Shown here piece by piece: positions 8,548-13,123 of a stretch of DNA of 13,123 bases. A program made the translations under genes and the position numbers. Source of the DNA: Campylobacterota bacterium (GTDB lineage Bacteria; Campylobacterota; Campylobacteria; Campylobacterales; Sulfurimonadaceae); contig JAYEMF010000083.1 in assembly GCA_034717975.1 (NCBI GenBank), forward strand, positions 1 through 13,123, read 5' to 3'. Positions within the stretch are counted from its first letter, which is position 1, and the number at the start of each line of letters is the position of its first letter. The notes beneath the pieces were generated by a model. It did not search any database. It was not told the origin of the DNA and saw only the letters and a program-made list of their open reading frames with translations.

Positions 8548-8736
8548 TTGACTGCTGTAAAAGATGAAGCGCAAAAAATGATCAAGAACCTTCCTGACAA
8601 CTGTACCTTTGAAGATATTCAATACCATCTGTATGTGATTGAAAAAATCCAAGCTGGTTATGACCGAGCTAAAGATGGTGAGACTGTTTCACATGAGGAT
8701 GCTAAAGCGAGAATGAAAAAGTGGCTTTCAAGCTAA
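8548..8736 (+). CDS. Putative antitoxin (addiction module component) of a RelE/ParE toxin
   Basis: 62 aa from TTG 8548 after a strong RBS; the ORF-track start at 8494 lies upstream of the promoter. Sequence LPDNCTFEDIQYHLYVIEKI..G....DGETVSHEDAK.RM.KW is typical of ParE-linked antitoxins; overlaps the toxin gene. Confidence 0.8.
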   Translation: MTAVKDEAQKMIKNLPDNCTFEDIQYHLYVIEKIQAGYDRAKDGETVSHEDAKARMKKWLSS

Positions 8737-9020
8737 TCTGGTCGGAAGAAGCTCTTGAAGATATAACTTCGATTGCCGAGTACATTGAAAAAGACTCCCC
8801 TATTTATGCAAAAGCTGTTGTTTCAAAGTTTTTTGAAAAAGTTGAATTATTAAAAAAGTTTTCAGAGCTTGGACGAGCTGTCCCAGAAATCAATGAAAAC
8901 AGTATGAGAGAGCTTTTTATTTACAGCTATCGACTGATATATAAAATTGAGCAAGAAACTATTCTGATTATTGCTGTTATACATGGGAAAAGATTACTGG
9001 AAAATTATGATCAGAAGTAA
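8721..9020 (+). CDS. Type II TA system RelE/ParE family toxin
   Basis: KLIWSEEALEDITSIAEYI.KDSP..A, GRAVPE, REL...YRLIYKI...I.IIAVIHGKR pattern; GTG start. Confidence 0.9.
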   Translation: MAFKLIWSEEALEDITSIAEYIEKDSPIYAKAVVSKFFEKVELLKKFSELGRAVPEINENSMRELFIYSYRLIYKIEQETILIIAVIHGKRLLENYDQK

Positions 9021-9038
9021 TTTTTAGGAGATGACAGC

Positions 9039-10550
9039 CTGAATAAAATAGTTTTAACGACATTAAATGCCCGCTACACCCACACTTCTATCGGACTTCG
9101 CTATCTCTATGCCAACCTGAAAGAGTATCAAGATGATGCAATCATCCTTGAGTTCACCATCAACGAGGCTCTCCAGACTGTTGCGGAAAAGATCCTGGAA
9201 CAGCAGCCGGAGATCGTAGGCATCGGTGTCTACATCTGGAATGCTTCCGAGGTGAAGGAGCTGATCGAGATTATCAAAAAGGTCTCTTCTGAAACCGTGA
9301 TAGTTCTGGGCGGTCCGGAGGTGAGTCATGAGCCGTTCCGGGTCAATTACGATCTCGCCGATTTTATCATCCAGGGCGAGGGGGATCTCGCTTTTCAGAC
9401 TTTGTGCCGACAGGTTGATACAGATACGGCGCCCGATGATAAGATCATCAAACAGAGTATGCCCAACCTTGCCGAGATTGCTCTTCCTTATGAATATTAC
9501 AGTAATGATGATATTAAGAACCGCTATACCTATGTGGAGGCGTCGCGCGGCTGTCCGTTTGAGTGCGAGTTCTGCCTCTCCTCCATCGATGAGCGGGTAA
9601 GATACTTTGATATCGACCTCCTGCTGGAGACTTTTGAGACGCTTTGGCAGCGCGGCGTACGAAACTTCAAGTTTATCGACCGTACCTTCAATCTAAATAT
9701 GAAGTTTGCCAATGTGCTGCTGGACTTTTTCCTGAGCAAAGAGCCTCCCTATTTTGCCCATTTCGAAGTGATTCCCGACCATTTCCCCGAGAGTATCAAG
9801 CAGAAGATGAAAGCCTTTCCCGAAGGCTCACTTCAGCTCGAAATCGGCATCCAGACGCTGAACCCTGAGATCGCCGACAATATCAGCCGTCCCTTGAAGC
9901 TTGAGAAGATCAAAAAGAACATTAGGTTTTTTGAGCAGGAGACGAAGGTGCATCTGCATCTTGACCTGATCGTCGGACTGCCGGGTGAGACACTGAAGAG
10001 TTTCGGACGAAACCTTGACGAACTCTGCTCTATCAGCAGTTCGGAGATCCAGATAGGTATTTTGAAAAAGCTTTCGGGGACGGCAATGTCGCGGCACGAT
10101 AAGATATTTGGCATGGTCTATTCTGATGTGCCGCCGTATGACATCTTGCAAAATGATCTGCTAACCTTTGCGACGATCCAGCAGATGAAGCGTTTTGCCC
10201 GCTTTTGGGACCTGGTCTATAACAGCGGCAACTTCTCGCAAACCAGCAAGTTGCTACGGGATGATGGGAAAGTGTTTGACGGGTTTTTTGCCTTCAGCGA
10301 ATGGATCTATGAGCAGACCCAGTCGACCTGGAAGATCTCGCTCGACAGATTGGCAAAGCTCCTTTTTGATTATTTGAGTGAGCATAAAAAACGTGATCTG
10401 CAAGTCGTTGCCGAAGCTATGGTTCACGACCTGATGAAGATCAAAGGGCGGTCAATACCGCCCTATCTGAAACCCTTTATGTCTGAGCAGAGAGTAGAAG
10501 GCAAGCAGCGTGAGGGTACCGGGCGTAAACGTCAGGATGGCCGGGCCTAA
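9039..10550 (+). CDS. B12-binding domain radical SAM protein (class B methyltransferase-like, probable DUF4080 C-terminus); probable CTG start
   Basis: CPFECEFC cluster motif, LGGPEVS, FIDRTFN, EIGIQT, DLIVGLPGE. The frame stays open upstream of GTG 9252 and encodes (M)NKIVLTTLNARYTHTSIGLRYL...IVGIGVYIWN, the conserved N-terminus of the cobalamin-binding domain. AGGAG at 9026-9030 is 8 nt before CTG 9039. Confidence 0.88.
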   Translation: MNKIVLTTLNARYTHTSIGLRYLYANLKEYQDDAIILEFTINEALQTVAEKILEQQPEIVGIGVYIWNASEVKELIEIIKKVSSETVIVLGGPEVSHEPFRVNYDLADFIIQGEGDLAFQTLCRQVDTDTAPDDKIIKQSMPNLAEIALPYEYYSNDDIKNRYTYVEASRGCPFECEFCLSSIDERVRYFDIDLLLETFETLWQRGVRNFKFIDRTFNLNMKFANVLLDFFLSKEPPYFAHFEVIPDHFPESIKQKMKAFPEGSLQLEIGIQTLNPEIADNISRPLKLEKIKKNIRFFEQETKVHLHLDLIVGLPGETLKSFGRNLDELCSISSSEIQIGILKKLSGTAMSRHDKIFGMVYSDVPPYDILQNDLLTFATIQQMKRFARFWDLVYNSGNFSQTSKLLRDDGKVFDGFFAFSEWIYEQTQSTWKISLDRLAKLLFDYLSEHKKRDLQVVAEAMVHDLMKIKGRSIPPYLKPFMSEQRVEGKQREGTGRKRQDGRA

Positions 10551-10552
10551 AG

Positions 10553-10567
10553 CTCTCTCGAAGAGAG
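10553..10567 (+). terminator. Short stem-loop after the radical SAM gene (possible weak terminator)
   Basis: CTCTC-TCGAA-GAGAG right after the stop codon; no U-tract. Confidence 0.25.
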
Positions 10568-10609
10568 GGGTGATTAGAATTTTAAATATTTAAAAAAATA
10601 AGGATGATT

Positions 10610-11224
10610 ATGAATGTTTTAAAAAGAGTATTGGTTGCAGTGGGGTTTTTAGGGACGATGGCCTATGGTGCGGCTTCATGTGACCTGTCGCAGATCGGCG
10701 ATGTCAAAGTGAACTGGACAGCCTACAAGACACCGCTGAAGATCGGAGTTTCGGGGGATTTCAAGAAGGTAGATTATCTGCCTGTAGCTCCGGTTGGAAA
10801 AAACTTCAGAGAGATCCTTGTAGGCTCAAAAGTAACGATCGATACTGCGTCAGTCAATTCAGGCCATGAAGCGCGTGACAAGACACTCACCACCTCTTTT
10901 TTTCAGAAGATGACGGGCTCTGAGATAAAAGCCGAGATCGTTGATATCAAGGCAGACAAAAAAAGAGAACGGGGTGCTCCAAGATTGGGCCTGATAACGA
11001 TCCGGATGGAGATGAACGGTGTAACAAAACAGGTCCCGATGCGTTACCACTACAATAAAGGTGATATGAAGGCAGAAGGTACGATCGATCTGGCTGATTT
11101 TAATGCTCTTGGAGCGTTGTCATCAATCAATAAAGCCTGCTTTGACCTGCACGAAGGTAAGAGCTGGAGTGATGTTGCCATCAGCTTCGAGTTGCAGATC
11201 AAAGCGATACTTTGTCATAAGTAG
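10610..11224 (+). CDS. YceI family (lipid/polyisoprenoid-binding) exported protein
   Basis: Signal peptide (..AYGA), VNWTAYKT..K.GVSGDF, IDTASVNSGHEARDKTL, MNGVTKQV, AEGTIDL, KSWSDV. AAGGA at 10600-10604 favours ATG 10610 over 10604. Confidence 0.8.
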   Translation: MNVLKRVLVAVGFLGTMAYGAASCDLSQIGDVKVNWTAYKTPLKIGVSGDFKKVDYLPVAPVGKNFREILVGSKVTIDTASVNSGHEARDKTLTTSFFQKMTGSEIKAEIVDIKADKKRERGAPRLGLITIRMEMNGVTKQVPMRYHYNKGDMKAEGTIDLADFNALGALSSINKACFDLHEGKSWSDVAISFELQIKAILCHK

Positions 11225-11228
11225 AGTC

Positions 11229-11270
11229 TTGACATAACGCAATTATTTTTTTTGATTCATCATATATACT
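11229..11270 (+). promoter_or_regulatory. Putative Crp/Fnr-family (Nss-type) activated promoter: TTGA-N6-GCAA box plus TATACT -10
   Basis: TTGACATAACGCAA at 11229-11242 is 7/8 to TTGA-N6-TCAA. TATACT at 11265-11270 places the box centre about -41.5 from the predicted start site. Confidence 0.5.
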
Positions 11271-11298
11271 TCCGCATAATTTTTTAGCAAGGTATTAA

Positions 11299-12285
11299 AT
11301 GAGTGAATTTTTAAATGGTGGTGAGACTTCCCCTTTTGAGGGTCAATTTCCCGATGGGCATCCGGTACGGGTCTATCTGGAAGAGAACCTTCTTATCCGA
11401 AAATATATTTCAGAACTTCAAACTATCAATATTCAAGAAAATCATGAATTTTTCAAAGAGCTGTTCGGCAAACTGTGTGAAGTGGAAAAACACTTTGCCA
11501 GAAAAGAGAATCAGCTCTTTCCCTACCTGGAAAAGTACGGCTGGACAAGTCCGAGCCAGAACATGTGGGCTTTTCATGATCAGATACGTGAAGAGATCAA
11601 AACGACACGTAAAGCCATAGAGACGAAAGACTTTCAAAGCATTGTCTATGCGGCCAACACGGTTTACCAGAGTTTAGAGCATATCATGCAGGTGGAAGAG
11701 GGAAGACTCCTGCCAAATGCCATGCAGATGCTGAGCGAAGAGGACTGGAAAGAGTTTCGTGAGGGTGACGAAGAGATCGGCTGGATGTTTAAGCAGGCGC
11801 CTACACCGTACCCTCTGCCAGAGTATATCCACCCATCCGAAGATAAAGTACGTCGTAAACTCCCGTTTGATACGGATGATAAAACACATTATGACGAAGG
11901 CTACCTTACGCCTGAGCAGGTCAACTCTATCTTCAGATACATGCCGGTAGACATCACCTATGTCGATGAGAATGACCGGGTCGTCTTTTACAACCGTGGC
12001 GATGATCGTGTATTCCCCCGAAGTGCCGGGATCATCGGACGTGAAGTGAAGTTCTGCCATCCTCCGAAAAGTGTTGACCAGGTGCTTAGAATCCTTGAAG
12101 AGTTCAAAAAAGGGACACAGGATGTTGCAGAGTTCTGGATCCAGTTCAAAGGAAAGTTCATCCATATCCGCTACTTTGCCGTCCGGGATGATGAGAAGAA
12201 CTACAAAGGTGTCATCGAGATGAGTCAGGATGTCACCGACATCCGCAACCTCGAAGGTCAGCAGCGGCTGCTTGACTGGGACTAG
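11299..12285 (+). CDS. Hemerythrin-like domain plus PAS domain protein (DUF438/PAS_10-type family)
   Basis: GHPVRVYLEEN, HFARKENQLFPYLE, MWAFHDQIR, HIMQVEEGRLLP (hemerythrin HHE); PVDITYVDENDRVVFYN, IGREVKFCHPPKS, YKGVIEMSQD (PAS_10). Confidence 0.85.
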   Translation: MSEFLNGGETSPFEGQFPDGHPVRVYLEENLLIRKYISELQTINIQENHEFFKELFGKLCEVEKHFARKENQLFPYLEKYGWTSPSQNMWAFHDQIREEIKTTRKAIETKDFQSIVYAANTVYQSLEHIMQVEEGRLLPNAMQMLSEEDWKEFREGDEEIGWMFKQAPTPYPLPEYIHPSEDKVRRKLPFDTDDKTHYDEGYLTPEQVNSIFRYMPVDITYVDENDRVVFYNRGDDRVFPRSAGIIGREVKFCHPPKSVDQVLRILEEFKKGTQDVAEFWIQFKGKFIHIRYFAVRDDEKNYKGVIEMSQDVTDIRNLEGQQRLLDWD

Positions 12286-12302
12286 GTTTTAAAGGAGTGT
12301 CT

Positions 12303-12989
12303 ATGATCTGTTTTCCCAAAGAGAGCCTCGATTTTCTGGCGCGGATCCGTCGCAACAACACCAAAGAGTGGTTTGAAGCGCACCGGGATGAGTATGAGAA
12401 ACTGATACTTGAGCCAAGCCGTGCTATTGCAGTCGAGATGGGCGAACATCTTCAGGCGCTGGTGCCGACCATCAATGCCGTACCAAAGATCAACGGCTCA
12501 CTCTTCCGGATCTATCGTGACATCCGTTTCTCCAAAGACAAGACCCCGATCAAGAGCCGGATCGGGATGATCTTCTGGCAGGGACGCGGAAAACGGATGC
12601 AGAGCAGCTGCTTCTATCTGCACTTTAGTCCGGATGATCTTTTTTTCGCAGTAGGAATTCGGGGTTTTTCAAAAGAGACACTTGCGGCCTATCGCAGCTA
12701 TATCAAAGATGACAAACACAGAGCTGAGCTTTATGAGATCCTCGAAGAGATGAAAGCCAAAGGCTATGAGATTCCTGAAGCAAAATATAAGCGGCTTCCG
12801 CGAGAGTTCGATAAAAGTATGACCTATCCCGAACTTGCTTTGTATGATTCCATGTATGCCTATAAAGTGGTTGCCCCTCAGAGAATCCATAATGAAGATT
12901 TTATTGATGAAGCGTATCAGATCTATGAAGGGTTGCTGCCGTTACAGCAGTGGGTCTATGAGATGACCTTAGCCGTAGCAATCGATTAG
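12303..12989 (+). CDS. DUF2461 family protein (TIGR02453-like)
   Basis: FL..IRRNNTKEWFEAHRDEYE and LFRIYRDIRFSKDKTPIK signature motifs; AAGGAG at 12292-12297 favours ATG 12303. Confidence 0.88.
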   Translation: MICFPKESLDFLARIRRNNTKEWFEAHRDEYEKLILEPSRAIAVEMGEHLQALVPTINAVPKINGSLFRIYRDIRFSKDKTPIKSRIGMIFWQGRGKRMQSSCFYLHFSPDDLFFAVGIRGFSKETLAAYRSYIKDDKHRAELYEILEEMKAKGYEIPEAKYKRLPREFDKSMTYPELALYDSMYAYKVVAPQRIHNEDFIDEAYQIYEGLLPLQQWVYEMTLAVAID

Positions 12990-13000
12990 ATCAGTATAAA

Positions 13001-13031
13001 GGGCACCTCTAAAAACCCTGGATATCATCAG
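13001..13031 (+). repeat. 31-bp terminal inverted repeat, copy 2
   Basis: GGGCACCTCTAAAAACCCTGGATATCATCAG, exact reverse complement of 96-126. Confidence 0.95.
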
Positions 13032-13123
13032 CGTTACATACATTTTCGTGATCAAGGCAGGTTCTTGTCAGCGTAGCAGGGCTACGGTGGCAAGGTTCTA
13101 ACGCAGACTCACGGACATGTATG
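13001..13123. mobile_element. Left part of a MITE-like element (TIR plus long hairpin 13037-13123), truncated by the window end
   Basis: TIR followed by the hairpin CATACAT/ATGTATG, TTCGTGA/TCACGGA, AGGTTCTTGTCA/TGGCAAGGTTCT, CGTAGC/GCTACG with loop AGG; begins 11 nt after the DUF2461 stop. Confidence 0.8.

Noticed and set aside
9031..9042. Mini-ORF spells M-T-A, matching the metabolite abbreviation
   Set aside because: A naming coincidence with no biological meaning; only the CTGA overlap is kept as an observation.
8721..10550. Toxin-radical SAM read-through fusion (same reading frame)
   Set aside because: Separated by TAA and an independent RBS; sharing a frame is a 1-in-3 coincidence.
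11246..11253. T8 tract (and A8 at 3360-3367) as phase-variation sites
   Set aside because: Short A/T runs are common in AT-rich intergenic DNA of this group; no evidence of length variation from one sequence.
1..13123. CRISPR array, tRNA/rRNA, integron attC sites, integrase or transposase
   Set aside because: No regularly spaced direct repeats, cloverleaf or recombinase ORF seen; the terminal hairpins sit inside TIRs rather than after gene cassettes.

Overview
Chromosomal segment, probably from a sulfur-cycling Campylobacterota (Sulfurovum/Sulfurimonas-like). This is inferred from the MutS-HNH gene, TGnTATAAT promoters and AAGGA(G) RBSs. All genes are on the + strand: a MutS7-type MutS with a C-terminal HNH nuclease, a small lipoprotein, dapE, a DUF433/DUF5615(PIN) toxin-antitoxin pair, a translationally coupled mtnK-mtnA-class II aldolase trio (candidate DHAP shunt / 5-deoxyribose salvage), a RelE/ParE toxin-antitoxin pair, a B12-binding radical SAM protein that appears to start at CTG 9039, a YceI-like exported protein, a hemerythrin-PAS protein with a putative Crp/Fnr(Nss)-type box, and a DUF2461 protein. 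Both window ends are halves of the same non-coding MITE-like element. It has perfect 31-bp terminal inverted repeats (96-126 and 13001-13031) and long internal hairpins whose G-U pairs work on opposite strands. An 11-bp remnant of the same terminus lies at the aldolase/TA junction.
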